From Seison nebaliae (taxonomy: Eukaryota), in assembly GCA_023231475.1 (NCBI GenBank), contig JALJEE010001389.1:1-64000 (forward strand): 64,000 nt of DNA, given 5' to 3'. Below the pieces are notes generated by a model, which saw only the letters and a program-made list of their open reading frames with translations, had not been told where the DNA came from and did not search any database. The position numbers and the translations under genes were made by a program. Each line of letters begins with the position of its first letter. The first letter of the stretch is position 1. Of the stretch, positions 46,146 through 61,761 are shown piece after piece.

Positions 46146-48964
46146 ATGCCGAAAATTGAGGAGATTTTTGCAGCGCGAACATCCATTCATGGAGTAGCGT
46201 GGGTAGCAGAATCGAAACAAAAATGGAGAAGAGTTTTTTGGATAATTGTCTTACTTTTCTGCCTCATCTTCCTCGTCTACAATACCAGTAACAACGTCAT
46301 ATTATACATGCAACATCCTACCGAAGCTAATATCGAAATTCTGTCGAAGAAACCTCCATTCCCCACTATGACTCTTTGCAACAATGAAAAGTTTTCATTT
46401 TAATTCTTGAGGAGTTCACAACTAATGATATCGAATGATAGATATTTCCAACAGAATTTATCTACCGAACAACAAGTCTTCCTCAAACTGTTGACCGTCG
46501 TTCGCACTAACATGGAAATTAGAGAGAATTACGGAAAAAATTTGGAGGATGTCGAAGGTGAATATGTCACTTTATTCAATACTTCTTATCGCAATTACAT
46601 TAACACGAATGAAACTTTCCGATTACAAATGGAACAAATCTTTCACGATATCATGAATATTCATCTTCTTAGACCCGTCCCTTATACTGTGACGGAACTG
46701 CAACGAATAACCAATCTAGCAATTGCTTTCTTTTATCAAAGAGAACTCGAATATGTTGGACCGGGTTTAGTAGCCACACGTGTCGGCTTTGAAAAAGGTG
46801 ACAGTTTTAATGTCGATTTCAAACCAGTTTTCAATGGTTGGTCATGGCAATACTTTCTCAACGTCACACAATATCAAATAATGAAAGAATATGAAATTTG
46901 GCAGTCTAACATGTATACCAAATGCGCATATGAACCTCCAGGTTTTCTTTTTTATTTCTTATAAAAATTTTTCATTATATTATTCTTAATAATTTATTAT
47001 AATTATTATTTTCTTTCATTCGAAATGTCTTTCCTTCGAAATATTTTTCTTCAATATATTTTTTTCAAAAATTTATTTCTGACTAAATATTTCAATTTAC
47101 CTACTACAGTTTTGGGTAGCGCCGTTTTTGGTGGAAATTCGATTCATACATTCGGAGTTGGAAAGCAACTGAATATTTCTAATTGTACGTGGGATGAGGC
47201 GAACATGCACAATATCTATGCGATGATTCGGACGAACGTTTATAATTTCGTCCGAGAATTCGTTCCTTATGAAGATGATTTCGGAGATATAAACTACTTT
47301 TGGACAATGAATCTAGCATATCTACGATCAACCATTGAAGATATCATTCCCATTGTTGATTTTCTCAAAATCTCTCTCAAGGAGATAGTGCCACCTCATC
47401 TGGCGTTAACTAATGAAATGTTTCATGCGATTAATGCATTTTCCGATTATTATATCTTCAAACATCTCTATCCGTCGTACGAAAAGAAACTGATGAAAAT
47501 CAGTTAGCACTTTCGTCTTGAAGCTCTTGAAAATATTTAAATATTCTTTAAATTATCAGTAAACGATCCGAAATTCGATAGTAGAACGATAATTGATAAT
47601 TCGAAATTTCCGATCGATTCCTCAGTATTGTCGTGTCGTGTTAACGGCAAATTTTGTCAACCAGACGTTAATAATTTTAAGTTTTATTTAATTAAATTAT
47701 TTTCCACCATTTTTTTCACAGTTGTTCACTTATTTGTCGTTAGATGATGGACAATGTATACAAATCAATAGAAAGAATCTTATTTCAACCGATATCAATA
47801 AAGAACAGACTGTTGAAGTTCTCCTTTCACATTCATCATTATTTCCCTTTATTTTCTCTAGTTAATTATTAATGCAATGAATTATCGACAGTCGAAAATA
47901 CCTAAAACTCCAACAGGAACGATAGAAGCCGGATTTAAACTCTATTTAACTCCAGCAGATATTATGCCCGACCATCAGATGAAATACGTTTTAATTCATC
48001 CAGAAAAATTATATTCAATCCAACTATCATTTCGATCAGTTAATTTGCTTTTTTTAAAACAACTTTGTCATGATTGTCAAGATTCATAATTTAGACAAGG
48101 ATAATTGGGGCGAATGTGACGAAAAGATCGATGTTGATCGCTTCTCTAAAATGAACAACTTTAAAAATTATAGTCGAGTTGGTTGTATTAAGGAATGTAT
48201 TTGGAATGAGATTGTGAAGAATTGTAGTTGTATCACATTCAATTATGGTTAGATGAATTTGAATGTCAAATGAGACTTTAACAATCGATCCATTTCCTAT
48301 TAGTTCATTTGAGTGAGTCAGATATTCCGATCTGTTCGAAAACGGAACAAATCAAATGTGTCGAATCAACAATCCGTTTTTTTTCCTTTCTTTCTTCAAC
48401 GAATTCTCATTCAATTTCTTTTCTTTCAAACATTTTATTCATCAGATCATATCGATGGAAATAAATGTGAACATTGTAGAATCGAATGTGAAATCTCACA
48501 ATATGATTGGGACGTGTATAGTGACATGTTATTGTGGGAGGGTAACATACAACGTCTAGTGACACAAGAGAAGAATACATGTATCTACAATTTTATGAAA
48601 ACGGACCATTTCCACGTGGATGAAGAACCATATTGTCTCGACGACGAATTTTTCGCGTTATTGAATTTAAGATTATTTTTATATTTATTTTAATGAAATT
48701 TTTAGTTACTCCATCGCGAAAGTGAGAATCGTTTTCTCAGTATCGATCGCTGATCATCGGAAACAACAGAGAAGTATCGAAATCGTAACGATTCTCAGTA
48801 ATTTCGGTGGTTCGATGGGATTGTGTATGGGAATGAGTATCATTACGGCGGTCGAATTGATTGACTATCTCATAATGAAATGTCTGTGGAGAAGAGAAGC
48901 ACGACGAGTTCGAGACAAGTTAGACGAGGAAGAAATGACGGAGAAGAAATCATATCCATATTAA
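46146..48964 (+). CDS. DEG/ENaC (ASIC/FaNaC-like) amiloride-sensitive channel subunit, ~741 aa, 10 exons
   Basis: TSIHG gating motif, TM1 RRVFWIIVLL, FPTMTLCN, Cys-rich thumb YSRVGCIKEC...CSC, TM2 LSNFGGSMGLCMGMSIITAVE. Introns: 46391-46441, 46942-47109, 47503-47559, 47667-47721, 47818-47861, 48039-48081, 48248-48303, 48376-48445, 48657-48705. Spliced length 2226 nt, in frame. Confidence 0.92.
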
Positions 48965-49662
48965 CCAACTTCCAAGGAGGTTAATCATTGAGATGAAACC
49001 ATTTTATCATTCTTCAGTTTCTTTAATGTAAATAGATGAATAATCTAAATTTTATCTTACAATCATGACAACTTTCGGTGACGACTCATAACAATCGAAT
49101 GAACGAATGGAATATGAGTTTTTATATAAAATTTAAATTTAAATAAATTCTTATTCACATCACTCGATCACTTTTCTCTCACATCATTAACGAATGATCT
49201 TGTTTACAACATTCATTCAACTTTCTCTCAAGGAAATCACGATGGAAATCGATGATATGATAAATGTTATGCAGATAACATTGAGTGATAAGGAGCTTTG
49301 GATGGATTAGTAGTAATGAAATTAGAAATGAAGAAAATAAATTTTTTAATTTCAATATATTCTTTTCAAAAAGTTGAGCTCAATAATATTTAGTTAATTT
49401 TAAATAAAGATCTCTATGTTTAAGGAATGAGTCTTTTATTTATTGGAAAAGTACAAGACATTAGTGGAATATTAAAATGACAAAGTTTTCCATCCAATTC
49501 ACATGTTCCATTTCCATGTGCCACTGAAACGATTTCCAACGATCAAACAAAATTTTATACACCATTTAAATAACGGATAGAAGAAGTGACAATAAAATTC
49601 TATAAAATTCTTCTGTTTTCGGATGATATTGAAATAAACGATCTATTCCATTCCAATATATA

Positions 49663-52600
49663 ATGATGAAATATTCGAGGAAAATTTTATTTTTTGTTCT
49701 CTTCATTCTGATTGGTCAATTCGATCGGTCATTGAGTAATGACAACACAAGTGGACTACAAATAGAAACGGAAGAGAATTTTGAAAATGAAAAAAATATT
49801 TCAAAAGACTTTCAATTTCCAATTACTTTAATTTCGTTCACTAGCACTTCAACAACGACTATTCAATCGTTTAATAGTGACAGTAGATCGACGTCAATTT
49901 CAAGTACATTATCTCTCACGAGTTCTTCGACAAAACTCACCGATATAATGATGAATACTAAAGATTTCTTAGATTTAAATGTTTCGAACAATACGAACAA
50001 TATCCAAACTACAAGTGATCGTACGATGGTAGAATTGATACCGACATTAAATGGAATTGAAGGGGAGAAGAACGATACGAAAAAATCGAATAATCTTTTA
50101 GGGAAATTAGGTAAAGCGTATGACACATTCACGGAGAGTTTGCCCGATACGAGTAATACTCCACGATTTTTGATGGCATATCTGTTATCGATTATGTGGA
50201 TTGTTTATGTTCTATTTTACAGTTCTAGATTATATGGAACAGTCGGAACATATTTATTGAATCGATTCTTCATTTCACCCACATATCATCTGAATATTGG
50301 TGGAATTTCCATTTCATTGTTATCAATGAAAATCATGTTTCATGATGTGCAATTCATTCATAATACTTTCGCTCTCCATATAACAGATGGTCAAGTGCAT
50401 TTTAAGTGGTGGAAGAAACAAAAAGGACGATCAGAACAACAAGCGAATTGTGCAATTAGTGAGCCGGTGAGAATTGCTTGTGTTATCAGTAACATTGAAA
50501 TTCATATGTATGAACAATTTAAGAGTGACGATTTTATTTCTATTAATCCAAATCTCATTAATAATGGTGGAAACAATTCGAATAATGCTGTTCTCGATAT
50601 ATTTCATCGATGTTTTAATAAATATCTCGTCGCTTATCTCTCCAATTATTACGGGAAATTCTGGTTGTTGACAGATCGAATAAAAATTGACATTTATCAT
50701 GGCAAATTCATTTTGGGAAATCATCGACTTCCATCATATGTGAATATGAGAGCGAATTATATCAAATTGACATACAATCGACTCAATTCGTCGAAAAGTC
50801 ATGTGAAATATACTCACAATATTTGGAGTGAAATGGACAAATTGAGTTGTCAAATTAATCAAATTAATTCGTCGAAAGATCCGTCGTCGTTGGCGAAAGA
50901 TTTCTTCGTTTACAATGGCGAACGACCCCCAAACACTCAATCGTTCACTATCAAAGACTTATTTGATAATCTTCATTGTTACACCGTCCTCCAATCTTCT
51001 ACTGCCAGTCTCCTCTATGTTCAAGATGTGAAAACGAATGATGACGGTTTTGATGATTTGTTACCGGATGAAAATGATAAATTCCAAACTGATGCATATC
51101 GTCCACCTAATTCATTTAATGTCGATCTCCATTCTTCCAAATTAAGATGGTACGCAAATCTAATTTGTGGTGAGAACACTATCATCAATTATTCGCCATG
51201 GGCTGATAAACAACGAGAATTATTATGGCATTATTATATGCCGAATAATTTCATAAAAACTCCCACCTCTTTCTCCGAAGGAGCAAATGATTATGAAAAT
51301 TTCATTTTCGATTTTGACATTCGTTCACCCACACCCCAACCACAAAAAGATGATTGTGCTACCATAAATTTACAATTCCAACATGAATCATTCAATATCG
51401 ACACATTAAAGAAATTGACAGAGAATCAATCAAAAATTAATTTAAGATCAAATCCATTCTATAATATCTTCTCGAAACGTGTGAGAAATCATCGGAAATC
51501 TTATTCAACTGAACATTTATCGAAACGATGGAAATGTAACGATTTTCCTAATACGAATATTATCAATAACAACAATAACAATGTGAAGAATGAGAATGAG
51601 AATTTGGAGAATAATCCGATGGAAATGAATACGAAATGGAATCAATCGCCAAAAAAGAAAGAATCGAATTGGCATGAAATCTCATTGAAAATTGGAAGTT
51701 CGACGAGTGTGACATGTGTCATTCCATGGCGTATTTATCGTGATGGATATTCGAGTATTGTTAAAGTGAAATGTTCAAATATTAATATACAAACAGATTT
51801 GATGTTTACATCTCTTCTTCAAGCGAAATCATTCCAATTCTTCAATCGATCACATTATGGACGTGAATGGAATTCTCCTCAATTTATGGAATTCTATTTT
51901 GATGGTGAATATGTTATTGCTGATTTATTAATGAAACATATCGATTATTTTACTTTGATGATCGACGATTTTGCTGGAAATGGAAGTCGATCGTTAGAGA
52001 AATTCATTTCTTGCCAATATGAATTATATGTTTCTTTTCGTCATTTCATTTGTAATTTATATACAAATGAATGGAATTGGATGGATTGTCGTCGTGATGT
52101 CTGTTCATCTACAATTAATAATGTCGTTGATGAGACGTTAAATTTATTCAAGAAACAAGAAACAAATTTACCGAAAGAACAAATTAATCATCTCCATCAT
52201 CATCATCATCATCATCAGTATCAGATGGATCAAGAGAATATGAAAGGAAAAGAAGGACGTTATCGTCGAAAGAGGAAAATGAAGAATTATTCTCATACTT
52301 ATATCAATACGGAAAATTCGATAATAAGTGCATGTGGAAATATGTTCGAGTTGAAAGTATCGTTTCCTTTCCAATCTTATAATCAACATTCCATCAAAGT
52401 TCCATTATTAATTCGTGGAAGTAACATTCTTGGACGATTCACCATTCCATTATCTAATCCATCATGTTCGACATTACGTATTGTACGAACGAATTTGAAA
52501 CGACACACACCATTAGGTATCGAAAGTGATATCGATACGAAAGGAATTTGGATAAATGAACCTGATCATGTCATCTGGTTTAATGTGTTACGTTGTCCCT

Positions 52601-55600
52601 TATTTCATGTATCGATCAATTTCAATTTTAATTTATTACCACTCTTCAATTTAAAACGAACATATTTGTCCTCATTCAAACAACTCGCCACACAACGTCT
52701 TCGTCATACATTGAATGGAATAAAAGACAAATCAAAATTTACCGAATCATTAATCGATCAGAATCATTTTGCTTTCTTCTCCTCTCAACGTCTTCCATCT
52801 GATGATATCGATGTCACTATTGAAATATTCAATCCATCTATTCTTCTTTATGGGAATCTGTTGAAACGGTTATGGTGTTTAAAAGAGAATTATGTGGGAG
52901 AGGATGTGGAAATTTTCGATATGAATCTTTTCATCAATAAACAAAATGGGAAAACAAATCAACAATCACAACAATATTATCAGAAAGTAAAGAAGAGAAA
53001 ACGAATGAATGAGGAAGATGGAGAAGAATTCCATCATCAATTCCTTCCAACATCCGAAGAGACGTTGAATACATCATCATCTATTTTAGATATTTTCTGT
53101 CATTTATTCACACTCGTCTCATGCAAAATTGGTTGTGGGAAAAGACAAAGAGAAAATACGAAATTGGATCCTTTACTCACTGGTGAATCGGTAATGTCTG
53201 ATGATACGAAACGTCGGAAATATGGTGAATATTTCCATCATGAACTCTATCTCGATCATCTCACCGTTATCATTTCAACGTTATTGGAACGAGTGAATAA
53301 TTTGAAAATTATTCGTTTCTTTTCATCGGGTGTGGCACATATGAAAAAGTTGAGTAGAGAAATAAAAGGAAATTTATCGAAGAAATTTTCAAATTTCCAT
53401 CAATTTTTCCATAATATCAATATATCCAATAATTTGATATTGACACGATTTCATTTGAAGAAACATGATTCATTTAATCAATTATTTGATGCATCTCATT
53501 TACCAATCGATATTGATTCTACATTTCCTCTTTCTTATCAACAACAATCGAATAATCGATCGAGAAATGATATGAATTGTTATTGTCGTTTCATTTTGAC
53601 GTTGGAAGAGATGTGTTATCAGAATAGTCAATTATTGATTGGTGATTCATCACAATATCCAAATGGGAATGCATTAAAGAAACGAACTAATCGACAACAT
53701 ATTTTCCATCGTGCTGATTCTTCGATAAATGCAACAAGACATTGTAAATTGTCATTCATTATCAGTCGTGTCGATCTGTCGTTGAGAGAGTTCATGTCTT
53801 TCATCAACGAAAATCAGAAAGATGGAGGACGTGTTAATGACAAAATAAATTTCCATCAATTATCTTCATGTGATTTGGATTGTAAATGGACATTCTTCTC
53901 TCGATTTCAATATTTCAAATTTTTCGCAATATCAATGACAAGTCGGTTATCTCGAATTAATCAGCGTATACCAATACCATCATCACCAATAGATAACGAT
54001 AATGGGAAAATAGCGTTCAAATCGAAGAGAATCGAACGAATGAAAAAGAATCAAGTTCTCTTAAAAAAATTGAAACGTGATAAATATTATCATTTCCTTC
54101 ATACACTTCTCGCTGAGAATAGTTTGAATGATTTTGACGTTCGAGTATTTCGTTCAATGAATGTTCGTCTAATTCTTTCCATTAGTGACATCGACATTCA
54201 TTTGGGAGAAGTTTGTTCATTCGAAGATTATTGTCCAATAGTCTTCTCAAATGAATTACTCTTCGAACTCGATAAGAATTATAAAGAGACACGTCTACAA
54301 TTATTAGTATTACCAATTTCACTTCATGTCAATGAGAAAACGGCACAACCAATTCCATTTTATTCAAATTCCGAATCGGATAATATTCGAAAATTGAGAG
54401 ATGGTTCATTCTCCAATACATCGTCATTGTCGTCGTTATCGTTAAATTGTGATAGTGAAGTATTGATGGAAGAAAACGATAAAATTGAGATATTAAATGA
54501 CGGATTAATTTATTTGAAAAATGGTCTACAAGTTCGCGGTCATGCCATGTTCTCTGGTCGTTTTCGTGATTTGTGGATTAGTAACATTTTCGAATATTCG
54601 TGGATGATTGAAGTGATGGTGAGTGAGTTGATGGGACATCTGAACATTTCACATATTCAACGACTTTATCAAATTATCGAATCGATTTATATCACACTTA
54701 TTGAACCGGGGACGAAATTCCTCTCACCTCGAAATCTGTTGAAGGAATGCTTCGATGATAATTCGAAACATTTATTATCTACATCACCATTAAATGATAC
54801 ATCATTGAAATATCTAAGAGAACGATATTCGATAATTAATAACGAGAATTTCAATGATGAAAACTTGAAATATTCAATGTTACGATTGACATTGGATCCG
54901 ATCGATCTGATTCTATATGAGAACTCGTCTCTCATCTCATTGAAAACATCACCAATTTGTGTGTCATTATGTGATCTACATACGACGAATCATCGAAGTG
55001 GATTAAATGTTCGTCTCCCAACGATTAATATGAAACAATTGATAAATATTCCATCCACCGATAATTGGTTGCTCGGAGCACAATTAGAATTTGGAGAAAT
55101 GGTCCTCAATTCCATTATGCGGAAGAAAGAAGGAGAAAATGAGAATGATTTATGTCAAAAAGATTTCTTACGTTTCCATGACAACTGTCAGAAACAATTA
55201 TCATTCTTATGGAAAGATAAGAAATTCATCGAATTAGATGATGATCAATTAATTCGATGTGGATGTATTGGTGGTACCAAATTTTGTGGGATTTTACCTG
55301 ACGATTGGTTTTTTGTTAATTATCCAACAAATGATGAAGAACAATCAGAAGATGATTATTGTTATACATCCAATTCATCTTTCGCTACATCTTTACATTA
55401 TCACAATAATTTTATTTATTCTTCTTATTCCATCAATGATCCGATGGAGATTATTCATGTGGATCATTGGGAACATTTAGATGATCATCGATCACCTCCA
55501 TTATCATCTAATCATGAACGGAAAACTTATTTATTAAATTATTGGAAGAATGATTCAGATCTTCGTTTTGGAAATTCGGATGAAACGAAATCAATGAATG

Positions 55601-57435
55601 ACAACGATTTAATAAATGAACAAATTCGAAATGACTCAAATAATCAACAAACGATGACGACGCAAATGAATGAGAATTCCGTCGTTGTCGATTCTCCTAC
55701 AATCGCTACAACTATTATTAGTGAGAGTGACACTTGCTCTACACGCACATTAAAAAACACTTCAGTTTCATCGAACATTGACGTGATTTCATTAGATTAT
55801 GAATTGCAAGAAAATATCATTAGAACGGAATTGTTGAAGAAGGCTTATGGACGTCATTTGCCTGCATATCGATTATTAAATATTCCTCTAAATATCAATC
55901 GATTACCGATTCGATTTGATGAAATAATTATTCATAATTATTCGATAGAGATGATGAAAAAAATGAAATATAAATTTCCATTAAATAATCGAGAGGAAAC
56001 GGAAGGAAATAATGAAATGTTTTGTGGAAAGAGATTGAAAGAGAATTATTTCAGTTTCAATGATGAAACTACTACCATAATTAAAACAGAAAGAAATATT
56101 CGTTTATTATTGACACCATTAGCAATTGAGAGTTTAACAAATTATATGAAAACTCATCTTCAACGATATCGTCCCTCACTCTCTTTCCTCACCATCATTC
56201 TCAATAAACTTCTTATCAAAGCTTATTCATCATCCAATTCGAATTATGAATTGACTAATAATGAAAAGAATTATCAACATCATGATGAGAAGAAAGAATT
56301 GAATGATAATCGAATAAAATTATTTTTTCCACAAATATCATTCACTTGTCTCCAAACGGGATTGGCAGAAAGACAAATTACCATCGACAATAATCTCTCG
56401 CCTCACTCACAATTCGAATTACCGATGACATCGATTATCGAAACAAATATCAATTCGATCGATATCGAATTATGTACGAAATCGATTGGGAATGAGAAAT
56501 CGTTCTCGATTTTCACATATATCTCATCGATGAATGGAAATCTTTACAAATTGCCATTGGCAGCAAATGAATTCCAACCGAAATATTATAAATTGATAAA
56601 AGTATCGTCATTAAATAAGAATCATATTCGATCGAATGATTTATTGGATCAATGTTTGTTAATGGCGAGATTTGAGATCGATAATATCAATTTTTCAATT
56701 CTGCGAGTTAGTAGTGAATCATTGATTAATAATCTCATCAATCATCATGGAAATGAGAGAAATTCAATGAATCATTTGTTCAATGATGAACAATCGAAAA
56801 TGAATTGTCAATTGAATATTAATGACATTCAATTGTTTGTACCAGAACCAATGGCGAGTGCAAAAGGACAAAAGAAGATTTCGTTCAATTGTCACGATTG
56901 GAATTTGTTAAGTGTTGTGGCTACTTGTGTTCAAGGTTGGCATACCACATTTGAACGATGTCGACCTGTCATGTTTCATCTGATTAATGCTTATCAATGT
57001 AAATTATTATCATCAATTGCTATCCTTTTAGCAACATCATCAAATGCTCGACGATTAATTCGTCCGATGAAGAAATTGTCGAAATATGAATCGAAATATA
57101 AAACGACTTCAATCCCTTCAATCATATCGTCACAACCTCCATCATCAAATGTATCAATTCATAATAAATCTTCCATTTCCTCTCAACAACAACAACAACA
57201 ACAACAACATAATAATCGAAATAGAAATTATTCTATTTCATCAAATTCTTCAATATCTTCTTCACTTTTAACAACAACTCATAATCATCATCATCATCAT
57301 CATAAGAATAGGAAGAATTCGGAAAAAAATGAAAAAAAATTAAAGAAACAATTTTCAAATAATTTCATAAAAAAATTAGAGAAAACGAAATTGAAGAAAG
57401 CCAGATATCAAACATATCCAATTAACGTTGAACAT

Positions 57436-57466
<31 letters not shown>

Positions 57467-60400
57467 AACAAGAAGATAATGGAATAAATTTGACGAATGA
57501 TCAGAAAATGGAAATAAATAAGAATTTAATTTTCTCCATCGATATGAATCCAACGTCGTCAGTTTTCGATTCGAAAGTATTCGAAAAACAAAAAGGAAAA
57601 GATTTATTAATAAATTTCATTCGGAAATTCGTTTATGGTCGTTCTAATCAGTCGGATGAGATGTCCTTCTCTCACGAATATATTCAATGGACGAAATGTT
57701 CACCATTCGACGAATTATTGGAGGATATCTCCAAATCGATGAGATCTTCTTTCGTTCTCAAAATACTTTTATCTTTCCAAAATCTTCTGGCAGATATGAC
57801 AGATGAATCATTATTCATTCTATTACCAGATAATATCAATTGTCAAATAAACGATCTCCATCATCAGAAGTATTCAGTGAAAACGTGTATGGAACAAGCA
57901 TTCGATTATGCTGCTCATCAACAAATCGAATTAAATACAAGAAGTTTTTTGAATGAAGCCATCGCCACATTATGTCGAGATTGGTATTGTAAGTTCAGTG
58001 GTAGTCTCCACAAGTCTAATGGGAAGAGTAAATCATTCGACAATAGAAATGGAACATCTATCAGGAGATTCAAGAAGAATTTCAATTCCATCAATCATAA
58101 TCAGAATCGAAATAACAATATGGAAATGAAAGTGCGACGAATTGTCACCGAACACGATTTGGCGGTTGATGGCGAATATGACGGCGATATCGATGACGAG
58201 ATGATGGATACGCATACTAATAAAATTCGCGATGATGGCGAGATCGATGGAAATGAGAAAGAGAAAACGGAAGAGAACACAATGAGAAATGAGGAAGGGA
58301 CTGATTTGACCCTTCCACACGAATTCCATATACGTAATAACGTTCTCAATCATAATAATAATAATAATATGGAAAATGATCGATATTTTGATAAAGAAAA
58401 ATTTTGGGGAATGATCAATTGGATGAAGAAACATATGAGAATGACGAAAAATCAGACATCAATAGATGAAGAACAATGTATTGATAGTTCAGGAAAGAAA
58501 GTTAATTTTTCTTTACAATCAACTAATCAACAACAACAACAACAACAACAGAATGAGATGAATTCGATTACAATAAATGAGTATGATAGTCTTTTGGGTG
58601 AAAGAGAATGTGAAATAAATGATGATAAAGAGAAATTAGAAGAGAAAATTAATCGATTAAAGATTGAAAATGAGAATTGTAGTGAACATTCGTCGACATC
58701 AGACGATATGAGTTGGTTGAATGATCTCCCTCAAACAATGATCGAAACAGCTTTATTGGAAGCTAAAAATAGTTTTGAAGAACAAACAATTAATGAATTG
58801 AATAAAAACAATAACAATAATAATAATCATCATCAAGAACGGATTAAGAAGAAGATGATTGAGTTGAATGTTGGAAGACGAAATCGTCGAAAACGAAAAA
58901 AGATGAAAAAAGAAAATAATTCCATGTCTCTCATCAATTCTTATTATAATGAAGTGAATATTGATGAGATTAAACAATATTTTCGACCTCTACTCGAATA
59001 TACGGGAGTTCATTTAATGAGTGATTCAGAAATTTTGACACCGACACCTGTCATCAATATCGTCAGAAAGATTTTTGAGAAATTCGCTCATTTCACCTTT
59101 TTCACTTTATCGTCCAATCATGTCTCTCTCAAAATTGGGAAGACGGAAGATATCGTTTTTACGAGAGGATTTCAAATTCAATTGATTTTACGTGAAGATA
59201 AATTCTCTTCATCCAATTCCACCATCACATCACCCTCACATTTACCTACCATCAATCTAAAGAAATTTCATACAGATAAAAAAATAATGGCAATGTTAAA
59301 TGATATGGAATCATCATATCATCCCAAACAACAACAACAACAACAACAACAACAAACGGATGATATGATATCGATAGAGAATAATTTCAATGAAATTGGA
59401 GGATATATTCGAATTCGAATGAAAACAGTTGGAGTTCATGTTAATATCTCTTTATTGAGATTTATTCATCAACTTTACACACTCGTTCTCGAGACTATCG
59501 AAATCAGTTCAATGTTAAACTTATATGCATTGCGTCGATTACATCATCCACAAATCATGTCGCCGATGTCGTCGAATTTATTAATGGATTTGAATCTTCA
59601 TTCGAAACGGAATTCTTTCGGAGGAATGAGTTCCATCGTTAGTAATTCTAATCAAAAGAAATTCACTGATACACTCTCAAATCGCGAACAACCACTACAA
59701 CAACAACAAGTATCATATTATCAACAACAATCATTAAATTATGATAAACGATCATTAGCTCGATCGTTGTCGAATGAGTCGTCACAACATTTCAATAAAA
59801 TCTTCTCGAAAATTCGTCCGATGAAAAAGAGATTCAAGAAATTGTTTCGACGTTCTCGATCATTACATTCTCAAAATAAAAATGAGACGATTACTTTGGA
59901 TAATTTGGATTATGGAGAGAATCAACATCTCAATATTAACACGACAAACAATTATGAGAATTGTAAGAAATTAGCTGGTAAACAATTCCCATCACTCATG
60001 TCTAATCAATCGAATTATTATTCACCACATTATCGTCGTTATTTTCCCAATGTCTTCCCAATCGATCAAAAACAACAACAACCACCACAACCACAACCAC
60101 AATCACAATCCGTACCATTATGTTGGAAGTTCGTTCATCATTCCGTCGATAAACGACATGAATATTTATTATTCGAACGATATCGAGAACAACAACATCA
60201 ACAACTCATCATTCAACAAATACGCGAACAGAAGAATGAAAGGAAATTTAATGAAAAGAAAGAAATCGAACAACAACAACAACAACAGTCACAAGTTGAT
60301 GGAAAGATGAATAAATCGACACCATATAAATCGAATAATATTCATCTTCTCCAACAAACATCAATTCCAACTCTCTCACCACCACAACAACAACAACAGC

Positions 60401-60801
60401 AACAAGTGCCAGTAAGACCATCACATATCGAATTATTGACGAATGATCCATTCTGTCAAACGAACAATAATAATGAGATAATAAATGAATCGACCGATAT
60501 AGAACGACATTTAGGAGGTGGAATACCATTGACAACAGGAATTAATTATCCGACGATGGTTAGCGATGTCATTTATCCACAAATGGCCACAAAGAAACAA
60601 GAGACGATGAATAACGGAGGAATAATGACGAAGAATCAACAACTTTTTGAGAATGAAAAATCCATTTCATTATTCGCTCTACTCACCGTTCATGTTCACG
60701 AGTTCCAATTGAAGATATCGTTCGGAGGATTGTTGATGTGTGGCGACTTACGTGACATTCAAATGACCTCATCAATTTCTAGGAAATCTGTTCCCACTTT
60801 A

Positions 60802-60842
<41 letters not shown>

Positions 60843-61725
60843 ACATACGAAGAATGAGACGAATAATGATCTTATTCATCATACGAATTGGAAATTGATG
60901 AAAAGTGAAAAGTTGACGAAGAGAAATAATGGAACGGCCACTGTCAATCCTAATCGGAATTCCTCTCAAACAATGCAAATTTATGAGAGTTCACTTTCGT
61001 GTCTGTTGTCAGAGGGAACATTAGATGTTCGAGAGAATAGTGGCAATCGTCTATTGATGTGTAGTGTACGAATAAATAATATCATCTCATCCATCACCAG
61101 TCGATATCGGATCACACTCTCACAAAAATATTTCATGATGATGATGAGGACGTGGTTGGAGAAGATAAATCGTTGTCGTCGATCGAAAAATAATCCTGGT
61201 CTTATTCTCTTGAACGTTCAATCACTTTTGATCGATATACCATTACAACCAGGAATTCTTCACAATATCGTTTATCGAACATCGAAGAAGATCGGTGTAA
61301 CCGTTCAAGAATTCCTTCCAACAATGAATGATGATATGACAAGTTCAGGTGGAAAACAGAAATCAAATGAGATACCAACAACTTCAACACCTGGTGCCAA
61401 TCTTATTCCTCCCAATATTGTTACATCGACAATTCCATCCGATATGGAAATAATAAATGAACCAAACAACAACAACAATAATAATAATAATAATAATTCA
61501 AATAATTTATTTGTAAATAATCTTGTTCGAAATTATCATTCGTCAAATCATCATGGTTTAATTGATGATGATTCAGTTTATTCTCATACAAATCAATCAA
61601 CACAATTATTAATTAACCAACAACAACAACAACAACAACAACAACAACTGTTCCCTATATATTATAATAAGAATCATCAATCTTATCAATCGAACGATCT
61701 TTATTTAAATGATTATCAAAATATA

Positions 61726-61761
<36 letters not shown>

